Below, in pieces: positions 12,101-27,100 of a DNA stretch of 64,000 nucleotides (the first letter of the stretch is position 1; the number at the start of each line of letters is the position of its first letter). A program made the position numbers and the translations under genes. A model generated the notes under the pieces. It was given only the letters and a program-made list of their open reading frames with translations. It ran no database searches and was not told where the DNA came from. Source of the stretch: Phoronis australis (taxonomy: Eukaryota > Animalia > Phoronida); the NCBI GenBank assembly GCA_002633005.1, contig NMRA01000107.1, forward strand, positions 289,492 to 353,491. The letters are read 5' to 3'.

Positions 12101-15100
12101 ACAACATTTCAGGAAAATCAACTTTGCTTTGGTTTGTATGGCATAGCTACTGCCAAACAAAATTTGATAAAATTTCAAGCATTTGCAACATTGTAGTAAG
12201 CCTCTAAAAAATAGAAATATGGCAATTTTAGCAATTATTTTTGTCCAAACTGAAGAATATTTACTGCAACATTTGACAATTCAACAAGATTCTACCACAA
12301 AGACAAGTAGATCAAGACAAAATCCGCTTGTAGCTTTCAACATATTGGAAAATGCGGGTAAAAATTCTACGTATCTATGAACATTTCAGATACTTTCACC
12401 AGCTTCCATTTTCCAACAAATGATGTGACGGATCAAGTGAGGTCACAATGAGGGTCACCGACCCAGGTTGGTTGACTAGATCTCTCACAACTGCATATGG
12501 AGACCAAGCTAACTAATCGTAATCTCGTAGGAGCCAGTCCTTGTCATGACGTCACACACTCCAACCCAACTCAACATTAATTTGAGAATGGAAGCTGATG
12601 AGATTATCCGAAAGCATTCATATCTAAGCAAAATTTTTGTCTGCTTGAAAAAGAACCTATCACTAATCAGAGTTTTAACCAGACAGAAGAAATTATTTGG
12701 AGATACTGGAAGTAGATTTCAGCAAAAAAAAAATAACTTGTGTAGTTGATGTGAAACATTTTATGGAAACGGAAATTCTGATGTTCAATGTAACGTCGTT
12801 AAAAGTTGATTTACGCTACACTTTGTTCAGCTCAATGCCGATGTGCAGCTGAAGTTTCAGTACTGCAAACTTATGTCATCATAATCAACTGACACACGGT
12901 CGCGTGCATGCGCGTGTTGCAATGAAATCACTACACTGTGTAGTAACATAAGTATTGCTTCCTGCTTTGCAAATCACTGACTGTGGATGGTCAGCAAGCA
13001 ACTCTTTAAATAAAACAGTAAAACTTCCTCAATTCCAAAAGATTGTTTTCTACAAACCATGTGTGTGCGCGTTTGTGCATGTGTGTGCGCGCATAAAAAT
13101 GGTCATTCTCATGCAATAATATTTAATTGTTCTGTGTGACGATAAAAAACGTAATTCACATTTAATGAATTTTTCTTGAAAAGAATACGTTAACTCGACA
13201 GCAGAAAGCAGGAGATTCCCACTGGTTGTGTTTTCCAGGAGATTCCCACTGGTTGTGTTTTCCAGGAGATTCCCACCGGTTGTGTTTTCCAGGTTTTAGG
13301 ATGCATTAGATAGATGGTGGCTGGCATGTTATGACTGAGTAGGTGCCAAACAGAAACACTCAGTCCATAGAAATTTGTACGTGATACTGTAACTATCTTA
13401 AGGAAAGTTGCAGGACACAGGTGTTAGTGACGTGTTATGTACACTTGTCAGACTATCAATGGCAAAAGCACTCTTAATATGGCGTAGACAAAAAAAGAAA
13501 GAAAGCGCTGTATGGAAAATAATCTTATAATCAAACATTGGCAGTCTGATTTTAATGTTAAAAAGCATAGGCACCTGTAAACCGCCACCCTGAATAGCTG
13601 AAAGCTTTGAGAATCAGGCTTAAGTACACATTCTGGTATCGTGTACAGCGATTTGAGAGAAATAAAATGTACTTCAAGGTTAACGACTCAATTTTTAAAA
13701 AACAAAATAATGCTTCACACGGATTTAGATCGAGGTCCAACTGTAATTTAGTTGTTTTTAATGAACAGTACTTCAACACAAAATCATGCGTCTCTCAAAA
13801 GCAACACTTAGGGTTATAAAGGTGCATTTCGCCCAACTAAGCTGACTAAAACAAAAACAGAATTAGGCTTCTTATCCTCATAAAATCAGTCTCATAATTC
13901 AATCCTTAACGCGACAGGATTCTACTTAAGTTAACAAACACGAACATAAAAAGCAATGCTTCACAGATAACTGGAGTTGACTAACCCTAAATCACGAGTA
14001 TGAAAATGGCGCATGTCACTGGAGTTGTTGACTCATTTGGCAACAATTCAAGATCTGATCCATGTGGCAATGTTTTTAAACCCAAAAACGCTTCAGTTAA
14101 GAATATAACATTAACAGCTAAACAGGGGTGAAATGCAGATCTTAAGTACATCCACAGTCAGCTAAAAAGTGTCTGGAAGTTAACAACACGAATCAAAACA
14201 TTACGAGATACTTTTAAAATTCACTTCACATTTTCGTGTGCTTGACCATTTAATCTTTTGTATGTTACTATGGATAATACATTAATTACGTAAATTACTT
14301 GAATACAAAGAAAAATGCACTTGTAAGTAACCTACCTGTAGACATTGTTGTGAAACTTGTTATAGCTTGACATGGTAATGAGTCCGCCCCAGGCCGGGCC
14401 AAGAGAGTAGAAGATTTGAAGAGCTGCCTCCCCCCAAACCTTGAGAGAAATACAAAGTTCATTTTATGTGCCTTTTAGGTTGCGGTAACAATTCTTCAGT
14501 TTGGGACAGTCTATAAAATTTGGGACACTGAAATTCAAGCCAAAATTGATTCAATTCTGAAGGTTTGGACATGATTTCCTTTGGCATTCGTCATATTTCT
14601 CAAATGTTGGACACTGCATTTTATATCGGTAAAGTCTGATATAAAATTGTCCAAAATAGCAGCTAACGCAAAATTCGTTTATCGTAATTCTTCAATTAGG
14701 GACGACCAATACTGCCTGTCTCTAAAATTTGGTACAAGCTCTAACCTTGAGCAACATAATTCATTTTTCAGTCCCAAAATGGAGAATGTGTACCTTAACA
14801 CTGTTGTTTATTAACAAACATGCGTCACAAGGTCATAAAATTGTCCCCCGATGAGCTGGCATGCACATTATGTTTAAGGCTACACTTTTATTAAACTTCT
14901 GAATTTTTGTGTTTGGCGAACCAGATGAATATCTTTGCAACACTTTGTTTTTAACATATCTGAACATGATCACGATTTCCAGACAAGAAAATTTCGCTTT
15001 AAAAACGATTTTAATACACCATGTGATGTAACTTCAACACTTCTCACCATGACCTTGAAAATGAAGTCAATGTCATCAACTGAGACTTTGTCATAAATGA

Positions 15101-18100
15101 AACATTTAGTTCACATTAAACCTTCCAATACTTGAAGTTCAAATAATGGCGCACCATGAAAAGGTCATAGTTTGTTTGCCGACACAGGTGCAAACAATAC
15201 ACAGTGTAATTACACATCATCTGATTACTTGTTACTACCTGAAACGACGCAAGACGCGACCATTCTGGCGTGATGTAAAAAAGTACGCCGTCAACAGCTC
15301 CATCCAGAGTAACCCCCCTCACCAGCAGTATCACCAGGAACACATAGGGAGTTACAGCTGTCACATACACCACCTGTCAACACAATGAGGAACTAGTTAT
15401 GTTCGCTATCATAAAGGTACAGGTCCAATAACTCAACAAAGCAAAGCAATACTGAAGCTTGAAGCAGAATCTGAGACATGACTATTGCTGTGCTGACCAG
15501 CAGAATGATACTCAAGTGTAGTACAATACACATACTTGTATTAAGTCCCGTTTAGACATCAACTTTTGGCCCGGCGCAACTGATACGGAGCAAATGGACC
15601 CGTGTCAAGCGGCCGTTTACACACATAATTCACTAACCGTGGCAAGACGGAAATTAAAGGCTGGAGAGACTGGATCGCACACGCGCAGGTTTACAAATGA
15701 CGAGAGTTGCAGAGACAAAGAACCCGTACGTAGGTCATTGCACAAGCGCAGTAGAGATGATCCTTTCCGCCTTACTCCAGTTTCGCATTTAGACTTATAA
15801 TTAACACGGCGCAAGATGTTCGGGCCCAAATTACTCTACATCACAAACGCGGTATCAATTTGCGCCGTGTCAGTCCGTTTACACACTGGAACAACTTGTT
15901 CCGTGTCAGCTGATCCGTGTCAACTTTGTAAGTGTAAATGGCACTTTAGACACTAAGGTGTGTGACAAGATGTGTATAAACCTTCACTGAAAATGGTATA
16001 CTTCTAGGGGGGTATCAAAATGGCCACTAGGTAGCACACATTATGTCGAACCCGGCAGAAAATGGGAAGGCCTTGTTGCCTCCTTAATAGAAACCTATCT
16101 GACAAATTTCAAAAAAATCTGTCCACATACTCCGAAGATACAGAGGCAAAAAATGTAAGAAATAGAATTGCCACAAAGAGGCACAGTGGTAGTGGAATTT
16201 GTCCAAATGAAGATGTCACCCATTGCCCATTCATAGGGATACAAGATCTTGAAAGGCGTTTAAGAGAAACAGTTGCGGATGCAAAATTGCCTCTAGGGGG
16301 TGCCACAATAGCAGGTCAGCTGAAGATATCAATGTCCGTCGTGCTGTTGTCAGAAGGAAAATGTCTGCCAATAGGGCCGTCCTGAAATAGCACAGCACCA
16401 CTCTCATTTCAGTATATTTAACCACAATGCAACACAGGTGTTAAGTAATTGTTCTGCTCTCTTCACATGCAGATGTACTAGTCACTACAATGTAATTCAT
16501 GATTGTAATGCGGGCAAACCTGTATCACTGCATTTCGAAGCAGGAAGTACAAAAATCAATGCTGGTTACAAACTTGCATTGTTCATACTTTGCCAATCAG
16601 CTAAGGAGTGCCTGACATTTAGAAAAGTAGGTCAGTCGTGAAGTGCATTTTCCTACCTCTACGAAAGAGGAGAGTTTAACCGAGGCTAAGCCTATTTACT
16701 TAATAATCCAACTGCCCAGTTTGGTGGACAGTGAATGGGCACTACGCCTAATCCATTACAAAATAGAAAGCTGTCGTCTCCTTAATAAAAACTGGTTTGC
16801 AAATTTCAATAAATTCTGTCAATGCACTCTGAAATTAGGTAAACAAAAAATAAAATGGTCACTAGGGGGCAAAGTCAAGTCTGCCTGAAGGTTGTCGTTA
16901 GCCGTAGTCACATTCAAAACATTTGCCAAATTTCACAAAGATCTTGTTTGAAGGAGATACAGCTGGGAATGCAAAAATGCCACTAAGAAGCGCCACAGTA
17001 GTCAGGACTTGTTACAGTAAGAAAATCAACGTTGGCCATGTCCTCAGTAAGAACACATCTGCCAACTTTCATAATGATAATTGGAATGGTTTAGTAGATA
17101 GAGAATTGATTAGACAACAAAAACAGGCAAGTAAATAATAAAAGTGGCCACAGGGTGGCACTGAATATGACAAATTCATACAAAAATGGGAATATGTTGT
17201 CTCCTTAATAAAAACATATTAGTAAAAATTTTTTGAAAATCTGAAGAGTATGGCTGGAATGAAGGTTACCACTGCCTCTGAATTAGTGACATTGCATCCT
17301 AGTAATTAAATGATGGTTACCACTGCCTCTGAATTAGTGACATTGCATCCTAGTAATTAAATGATGGTTACCACTGCCTCTGAATTAGTGACATTGCATT
17401 CTAGTAATTAAAGCTTGTTCTCACGAACATAATCATTCTGTGCCACAAGATTATTTTTCAAAAGAATCCGCCTAAAGGCGCAGTTGAGAACTTGTGTTTA
17501 CTCAGTTCCAAAGTTTCCCACAAGCATGGTGGGTCACGTGAAATTGTTTAATCGACCTATTTTTCCATACATGGCATCTAGATCAACGTGCTACGTCAGA
17601 AAGCAATGCCCACGTTATGAGTGGCTAACATTGCTTTGACCCATGAAATATGAATTCTGTACACTCTGGGAATACGTCCCACACTGCAAACGCATTTTTT
17701 TTTCTGATGCTTGAGAACAACAATCAGTTACGGACACGCGTGGACAATAAACTTGAGATATTATCTTGCCTACACAGTTACTTAACAGAACTGCTGCAGA
17801 ATCATCAACAGCTCGGCCTAGTCGAACGTATTCTGGAACTGCATCAACATTAGAGAAGAGCATCCGCAACTTTTCCCAACCAATTCAATCAAATATACCA
17901 AAAGTATTTAAATATAGACCCCACCCGACATCAGCCGCAGTGTGAATCCAGAGAAACTGATCAAATGTTTTAGAATTTAGGCATTTGATGAATATAGGTC
18001 CACTGTATGTGTTGCAGGGATACACTTGACGATCAAACAGTGCATTTTCTTGGTAGGATAGGAAATCCATATTTATATGACCAATTGAATATCTGCCAAA

Positions 18101-21100
18101 TAGACGGATTTTGATCAAAATTTTACGGTAAGTTTGTCACCGTTGCTGAAAAGCATACTATTTAAAAAACTATGTGATCTGTGCGACTTGATTTTCTAAC
18201 TCTGATGTCCAGCTGGAGACCGGGCTTTTGACGCTCAGCTATGACAGTGCGCTACACTCACCTTACCAGACGACTTGACTCCCTTACACAGACAGAAGAA
18301 GAGACCGACCCAGGCTGCGATGAGACACAGTAATATCTGCCACCGCAGGGAGCCCATGTTTTCAATACCATCGGACAACTGAAGAACACTGTACCTACAA
18401 AGGTATACAAGTTATGACTACTATTAGAAAACTTATCAAGCACAAACTCTTTCTCATTTAAGAAAAAACTTTTGCTTCTTGTCAGATAAAAAACTGGTGA
18501 GGGTTTTATTAGAAACATTTTCTTCTCAGCTAGTGAATCATTCTGAACCATGACCCCATCTAACAGACAAAACACATACAGTACATATTGGGATTACTGT
18601 TAGACAATAGTGAAGGGCTATGCAAAGTTTTGAAATGCACCTACATTTTCAATGCCTGGGGCATTACTGCATCATAAACATCTAAGTGGCATAGAATTTG
18701 TTGAGCCCATCCAAAAATGAGAAGGCATCACCATCTCCATGACAGCAAAATAATTGTCAAATTTCATGAAATTCTGTGGAAATGATATCTTCATCAGGAA
18801 CAGATCTGTCACCTTTCATTATCATTCCTCAAACAGTTTGGAGGATAGAGAGGCAGACGACAAAGGACACAAAAAGAAACAGAAAGGCCACTAGGGGGTG
18901 CAACATAAGTTAAATCCATCTGAAACAGGGTTGGTGCTGTTGTCTACGTAGTAGGCACTTATTCACAATATTCCATGAACATCCATCAAGCCACTTGATA
19001 TGCAATCAGTGTGCACGGCATACTGATATGCCCAGACAGTGTGCATGGAATACTGATATGCCCAGACTGTGCATGGCATACTGATATGCCCAGACAGCGT
19101 GCATGGCATACTGATATGCCCAGACAGCGTGCATGGCATACTGATATGCCCAGACAGCGTGCATGGCATACTGATATGCCCAGACAGCGTGCATGGCATA
19201 CTGATATGCCCAGACAGCGTGCATGGCATACTGATATGCCCAGACAGTGTGCATGGCATACTGATATGCCCAGACAGTGTACATGGCATACTGATATGCC
19301 CAGACAGTGCGCATGGCATACTGATATGCCCAGACAGTGTGCATGGCATACTGATATGCCCAGACAGTGTGCATGGCAGACTGATATGCTCAGACAGTGT
19401 GCATGGCATACACTTCAGATGCAAGGGATGTATGATCACTATGTTTATAATTTCCACTTAACAACACAGTCAGGAATGTTCTCTTCCATAGAAACACATC
19501 TGCCACCTCCGTGAATATCAAGGCAAATGCAAACAAATAAAATTCCCGCTAAGCATTTGTCCCCAAATTCATGTCAGTTGTACTCTCCTCAATAGAAACA
19601 CGTTAAATTTCATGAAGATTCGTCAAAGAACTTGCATTAAGCCACAGGTAAAATCATAATGGCACAAGAGGGCGCCACAGCAGTCATACCTACAATACAT
19701 CGCCGGCTAAGCACCACCAAGAAGGAACACATCATATGCTAATTTTCATAATGATCCTTACAACAATTTATTGGACAGGCAGAAGCCAAAACCACAAAAC
19801 ATGATAAAAATGGCCACTAGGTGGCGTAAAATAGATTATTTGGAAAGTTCTACTGGAACACTGAATGTTGTCATAGCCTCCTTAACAGAAACCTCGGTGA
19901 CAAATTTCAAGAATATCTCAAAAAGAAACTTCTACCAAAGATACAGAGGCTAACATCAAAATGTTGCAACTAGGCGACACAGTTGTAGCTGGATCTATCC
20001 AAAAGCCGTCACCCTCAGTTTTCACTTTCATAGAAACACACTTGCCAATTTAACACAAATTCTGCAAGAGATTCATGGGATACAGAGGCAGACGCAAAAA
20101 TGAAACAGAAAGCACCTCAGTAGTCGGAGCCGTCCTCTTTCCAGAAGGAATACATATACCAATTTTTCAGAAGCCAAAAACAGACACAAAAACAGTAAAA
20201 CAGCCACTAGATGGTGCAGAATACATTAAATCCATCTGAAAACAAAGTGTCATCATGTTCTTAATAGGTACCTATTTGTAAAATTTCATTAAAATTAGTC
20301 ACACAACAAACTCCGAAGATACAAAGGGAAACGTAAAATGACACTAGGGGGCACATCAGTTGTCAAATACATCCCAAAATTTACTGATGCCTTCAAATCC
20401 ACAACATGTCTGCAAAATTTCCAGAACATCCATCAAGGGATTTTGGAGATAAATCAGCGGACAGGATGAGGGCATACACCCACAAATTATATGAGGGTAT
20501 AAAAAGTTAATGTTGAGCTCAAAATCCAGCCATCGAAGGAACTCTGAAGATACAGAGGCAAATGCTAACAAGAGCATGTATCTTTCGTGCATTGCATACA
20601 ATATGTTTCTAAGGGATATTAGGAGGTGCTGCAGCAGTCCAATCAGCTGGAAAATAAAATAGTGCCGGTGCACTGTCATCATATAAAGCTATGACAAGCA
20701 TCACTGAAATCACTTCTCCAGATATAACCAGTAAATGCTCGTCCTCTAAACAACACTTGAAAAGCCCCTTGTTGAGAACACAATGGCGCCAGTACATGGC
20801 CATCGTAAAGTTTCATTGAAATTCATCAATTGCTTCTCTAGATACCATCCAGAAATCGTCTTCCCACAAATAACAGTTGAATAGGTTCTTGTCACAATGT
20901 TGCAGTGAATAAATCTACTTCAAAAACAAAGGGTGCAGCGCATTGACATCACACATATCTGTGTCAAGTTTCGTTGACATCAGCTAATCGCTTCTCCCAA
21001 ACAACACATGAATACCCCTTGCCGTTAACAAAATGGCCACCAGGAGGTGCTGAAGTTGTCAAATCCGTTGCCGCATTGTCATCACAAACACGGAGTCAAC

Positions 21101-24100
21101 TTTCATAGAATCCTTCAATCAGATCTCTACATATATCATCCGGTAACCCTCTCCCACTAAATGGCCACTAGAGGCACTGCAGTTATTGAATACGGTGAAC
21201 AATCAAATGGTGCTGGCGCAATTTCATCATTTACCGCTTTGTAAAGTTTGAACGAAATCTGTCAAACGGTTATCTAGATATCATTTGGAAACACTCTTCC
21301 CTCAAACAACACTTGAAAAGCCCTCGTCGATAACAAAATGGCCACTAGGAGGTGCTGCAGTAAAGTCCCACCCGAAAATTTAATGGTGCCACCGCATTGT
21401 CATCAAAAACCTCTGTTCCATTTTTCATTGAAATCCTTTTCCATGCCGTCCGGAAACGATCACACACAAAAGTGCCACAAGGGGGCACTGCAGAACTCGA
21501 ATCTGCACAAAATTTATTGTTAATGGTGCACTGATATCACATACCTCTGTGTCAAGTTTCATTAAAACCAATCAATTGGTTCAAAAGATATCATCCGGCA
21601 TTGTTCTTCCCGAAATAGCCACTAGGTGTTGAAGTGGTCGAATCTATCCAAAAATCAAATGGTGCCAGCGCATAGACATCATATACCTCTGTGTCAAATT
21701 TCAATGAAATCCGTCAGTCCTCATCCGGAAACACTCTCCTCCCAAAAACAACACATGAACAACCGTTAACAAAATGGCGCAACCCATGAGACAGTTGCAC
21801 AATACATGGAGAAACTTCAAGTGGTGAACGCTGAAGTTACTGGACCAAACACTGCTAAGACGAATCTATACTGTTTAATATAGAATTTCAATATGTGATT
21901 AGCACCGGCATCTTGCCTACAGAAGGGAGGCGCTTCAAGTTTAATAAGCAAAGCTTCAGGAATCTTCAAACGCTGATGACTGCCACGCATGTTGAATGAC
22001 CATGAGAACTTTTGGATTATGAAGTACATGTCATTTTCAAGTTACATACTGCCAATATTCTTCCGCAGGTGTCATCTTCTTCAAATCGGTGGCATTGGTG
22101 AGATAATGGCTACCATTGTTCTCCAACACATCGGTCATATTAGCATAGTTCCATCTCGAGTCAGACGTTCCATTGGAGAAGACATGTGCCCAGAACTGGC
22201 TCCTGTTCATAGCACTACTGTTAGTGTCGTGGTCCATACAAATGGTAGTGTTGCTGCAGTAACCCCAGGGCAGGACGGTGGTGAAGGAGTGAACCAGGTA
22301 GTAGATGACCCAAGTGATGATCACGTTGTAGTAGACGGCACATAACCCAGACACAATCAGCATACCATACCCAAGACCTGTAAATAGAATACATAAACGA
22401 TGCCATTCTTAAATCAATGAATGCGGGTGGGAATTTCGGATAGTGTGTTGAAATTTCAAAAAGTACAATTACCCTGTTACCATAAAACAAAGACGCATTC
22501 TATCCACAAAGAACTAGTACTCTTCCTGATGGCATTCATTAAGTTCTATTCAGTTAAACAGTAATTCTGCAATTACTATTGGAAAACTACCAAACATCAT
22601 TGGTAACCACATGACCCATCCTGTTGTCTTGTTGATACGTTCAGCACACATTTATCAAAAAGTAAAAACAACAGGAATGCAAAGCATTGATAATCACATG
22701 CACTGCAAGTGGTTTTTAGTATAAAAATGGCCACTAGGTGGTGCAAGATACAACAAGCTTTTACAAAAATGAAAAGGACTCGTGGTCTACCTAACCGAAG
22801 CCAGTCAAATTTCATGAAAACCTGTTGAAGGTCTCTAAAGATAGAAACATAAGAAATAAACTAAGCACCACCTATAAGGTGCAGTAGTGATTGTATCTGT
22901 CCAAAAAGATTGTCATCAGTTGTCACATCACATAGGAATGCATTGTCTTGTATTTCACAAAGATCCAGCAAGGAGTTTAGCAGATGCAGCTGTGGATACA
23001 AAACTGTCACTAGAGGGCGATACAGGAGTCAGACCTGTCTGAAAATGAATGCCAGTTTACCATCTGCCTTTGGCAGTTTGGCCGATAAACTCAGAAATAA
23101 AAATGGCCACTAAATGGCGCCAAATACATCTATTCAGTCCGAAAACACAAAGGTGTTGCTGTCTCTTTAATAATAGAAACCTATTTGCCAATCTGGTGCT
23201 GGCACATTGCCATCAAAGACCTCTGTGTAAAATTCATATAACAATCTGTCAATTAAAATCCTGTGACGATGCTCTCCCTCCCAAAAGGGGGCGTGTTATT
23301 GACCAAATCTGCCCCAAAACTGACTAGTGCAGGCGCATTGTTGTTACATATCTCAGTATCAAGTTTCACTGAAACCCATCCATCAGTTCTCTATATACAA
23401 TCTTCAAAAATTTATCCGATTTCGGATAAATGACGACATAGTAATTCCTGGAAACAAACCGTGAGAACAGAGGCTTCAGTCACCTCGGAGACACAACAGT
23501 TATAGCTTCCAAAAAGTGCTGTTTTTCGTAACTAAAAATTCATACTATTTTTGGTGGGTACTTCAGGGTGGAGCTGTAATTTACTGGAAACTCACTTTGC
23601 ACTGAACCTGCAAAGTTTAGAAAAGCAACATATGACCTGCCCTAGCAAGGGATGTCTCTTTCGTTTGAACACATGAATGTAGATGCTGGGCTGATTTGAA
23701 GTCACTGTCTGCATTCTCAAGTGACGAAACTTTGGGAAAAGAGTTACATTACCAGCAGATTTTGTGGTTCCTGGTGTTAGCAGCTGTGTACAGTGATAAT
23801 TCATACTGAAGGACAACACATTAATCAGAAACAAGGTAAAATGTAAAATGCCATATTAATGTCACAATGAGTTCTCCAAAATGTCATTATTGTATGACTT
23901 GGTCATGACACACCATTTCAAGGCATTAAGGTTTTGTTATGCTGCATTTGATAATAAATGGAAGTTTGATTAATTTTTTACTTAGAGCAATAAAATGGGC
24001 AGTGAGGAAGAAATTTCTGGAAATCAAGAGAATAGATCATCCAGTAATTCCATAACAGAAAAGGTTAATTTAAAAGATTAATTTCAGTGTATGTTCATAC

Positions 24101-27100
24101 ACGGTGAAATCAACCACAGGTATTCAACTGACTATGCCAAATTTGGTCAAAAAATGCTTAATCCCGAAGAAATCCAGGCCACGAAACTGCACAATTTCAC
24201 CATGATCTATCAAAGAGGTTTTTAAGAACATCAACGGACATGTAAAGGTGAGCGCAGATGGGATGCTGACTACATGCACCAAAGTGGTGCAGAATATACA
24301 TCTAATGCATCCAGAAATGAGATGACATTGTCGCCTTAATAGAAAGTCGTTTGATCAAAATCTGTCAAGGAACTCAGCTGACGATGAAGAGGAAAACGCA
24401 TAAAACACAATTGCCACTAGGAGCCACACTGGTAGTTGGATCAGTCCATAAGACTTTGTTATTCACTTTTGAAACCATAGGAATACACTAACGAAGTTTC
24501 AAAGATCCTGCAAGGGGTTTAAGATAACAGAGCCGATGGCAATATAAAAATGGCCACTGGGGAGCACAGAATATGTATATTCCTGTGAAACTGGATGGTT
24601 TCCAATTTTGTCACCTATTGTGGAATGCTGAACAGGCCATGGGGTAAATAACTAGCATCAGCATACATCGAAGTACGTTGAGAGAGCACTAAAGATGGCT
24701 GCGTGAGCAATGAAGGACACTTCAAGCCATTTATGACCACTACTGCACATGCAAGTGGTCAAGTTCGATATAATCATACACAAAATTAATAAGTAAGCAA
24801 ATGATAATTGACTCTTTGAGTAATAATTGGTTATTACGGTTAATTAAAAGATATTTTCACAAGATACACCTTCAGGTCAAGCACTGTGGAAGTACCTGTT
24901 CATGTCAGTGGATGACCCTGATATACCCCTCACACTCTTGACATTATTTGACCAAGAACATGGTCAATAAAATAGTCTATATCTGTATGAACCACTTGTA
25001 GTTGACCTCATTGACCAAAGGTAAGTGGGAATACAGCACACATCATGAAATTTTGTCCAACCGATCGGCTAGGAGTCGACGACTGGCCGACAAAAAAGGC
25101 GACCGGGTCGGCTAAAAGTAAGGCAACCGCATTGCCGGCTCATAAGGCGACCCCCCAGCCGATTCTTATAGTCAACCTGCCCTCAGCCGACCCAAATTTA
25201 TGGTGGTCAGCTGCTAGTCTCAGCTGTGTAATAGGTTGTCAGGCTTTTGTCACATTGCGTGGGACAAAACTTATCCTCTCCGCACAGGGTGAAATACATT
25301 ATCTTAGTTTTAATGCCTTAATATTACATGAGCTCACACTGACTGTGTAACTGAACAATTGATAATGAAATGCAACCAGTTTTGAATAGAGACGTGAAAA
25401 TTTTCTTCAAATTCCATCTTTGACTCGTGATGATATCGAGTTCGGTTAGACTGACTACGTCCCGGTCAATACAATGCCGTTTCGTTTTGACAATGCAGCT
25501 ATTTTTGCATTTTTAACAAAGTCTTTGTCCACTTTTCTTTTTTGTTTGTGTTAAACAGAACTGCAACTGCAGGGCCAAATATGAATCAGTCGAGCTTGAT
25601 CTATAGTCCCTAGCCATTGTTCTGCATTTTTCATTCACCACGCAAGACAATATTCCTAATTCGCCTTTCATTGAAAATCCACAGCACATGCAGCGTCGTA
25701 CGATCCTGACATTAGCTTTTCAGTAAGTCCATACAAAAAGTTGTATTTATCCCTTTGGACACTAAAACGGTAAATACTACATCTTGAAAAATCCACTCTT
25801 GAGGACATTTTGAAAAGTAAACAAGTTTGGTTGATGCATTGCCATGCCAACAATGTACGTGTTGACAGACAGCGTATCTGTGGTCTATCTGTGTGTATTG
25901 TCAAACCTCACGGTATGGTCAATGCCCCATACATAAATCAGACGCCACGAACTACAAGCATGTCTTCAAATTTAGTTTAATAAAGTTTACCACATGCTGC
26001 TTTACAGTGTGGGTTCATAATGCACACAGACTGTATCCATGAGACTGTATCCATTGACCGAATATGTAACCAACTTCACATAGTGCAAGAGAATGTTTGT
26101 GTACACAATGTATCTAACTGATAACAATTCTTTACCCTGCATTGAAAACAACAATTTCCAGGCATAGTATTTCAAGCATTTGTTTTCATGACATTTTGCT
26201 TTGCACTCAGTTAGCAGTAGCTTAGACTATGCAATTGAAAACTGCACTGGTCAGAAGTTATCACTCGACAGGAGATGTTTGCATGTAATTATAGAAAACT
26301 TTTATTCGCCCTGAATGTGCGTCATCTTCGATGCGACCGTAATGAAAAAAAATAGGCTTCCAGTACTTCTGGAACTACAGATTGTGTGTAAATTTCGTGC
26401 TGATCGGACAAAAGTTGCAACCCCTATCGTGTGAACAAAAATAAAACTTAGTGTCAAAGCAACACACTAAAATTTCACCGAATAAAAAACAAACAAACTT
26501 TGTGTCAGAGCAATTTCGCCAAGTAATAATAGCTAATTGTTAAATTAGCAAGTCTAGAACAACATGTTTTTCTATCAGAAACACTCAACCCTCTCCTCTG
26601 GAACATTTGTGAACATGACTCATTCTGAAAACAATAGCAAGGTTTATTTAGACTATACAACAGAGTTGCATTTCAAACAGATGAGAGAAATGCAAGTTTC
26701 TCAACCTACTAGTACCTGAGTTTGAAAAGTAGATTAAAAGTACATTGCACAAATTACATTTTCTTCTAAATGGGGGAGATAATCAGTCAGTTGCAGTCAA
26801 TAAATATGTGAACAAACATAACACAGTAGAGACATACTGGTTCATGTACGTCTCAGCACATGTGGTGTAACCCAAATGGACATCTATCAATGTTGATGGT
26901 TTACTTTGGCACTTTTTACAAATGATAACATAACAGCAAGGCCAGATGCTGGCCAGACATCTGACCCTTGGTCAGGCTTACTTAACTTTAGGCTCCAAGC
27001 AAGGGAGTTGTATCAAGTGGTTGCTGTTGGGTAGAAATAAGTTCATGAAAGGTCAGAATTCAAATCACATTTCATGGGAATATTTACAGTATGAGAAGGT

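Noticed and set aside
19008-19410. CRISPR-like array (30-bp palindromic repeat)
   Set aside because: The units are directly adjacent with no unique spacers, there are no cas genes, and the context is a eukaryotic intron. It is a minisatellite.
18963-19514. Four repetitive ORFs ([20 protein letters not shown] etc.)
   Set aside because: By-products of a stop-free 30-bp unit; intronic, with no splice or homology support.
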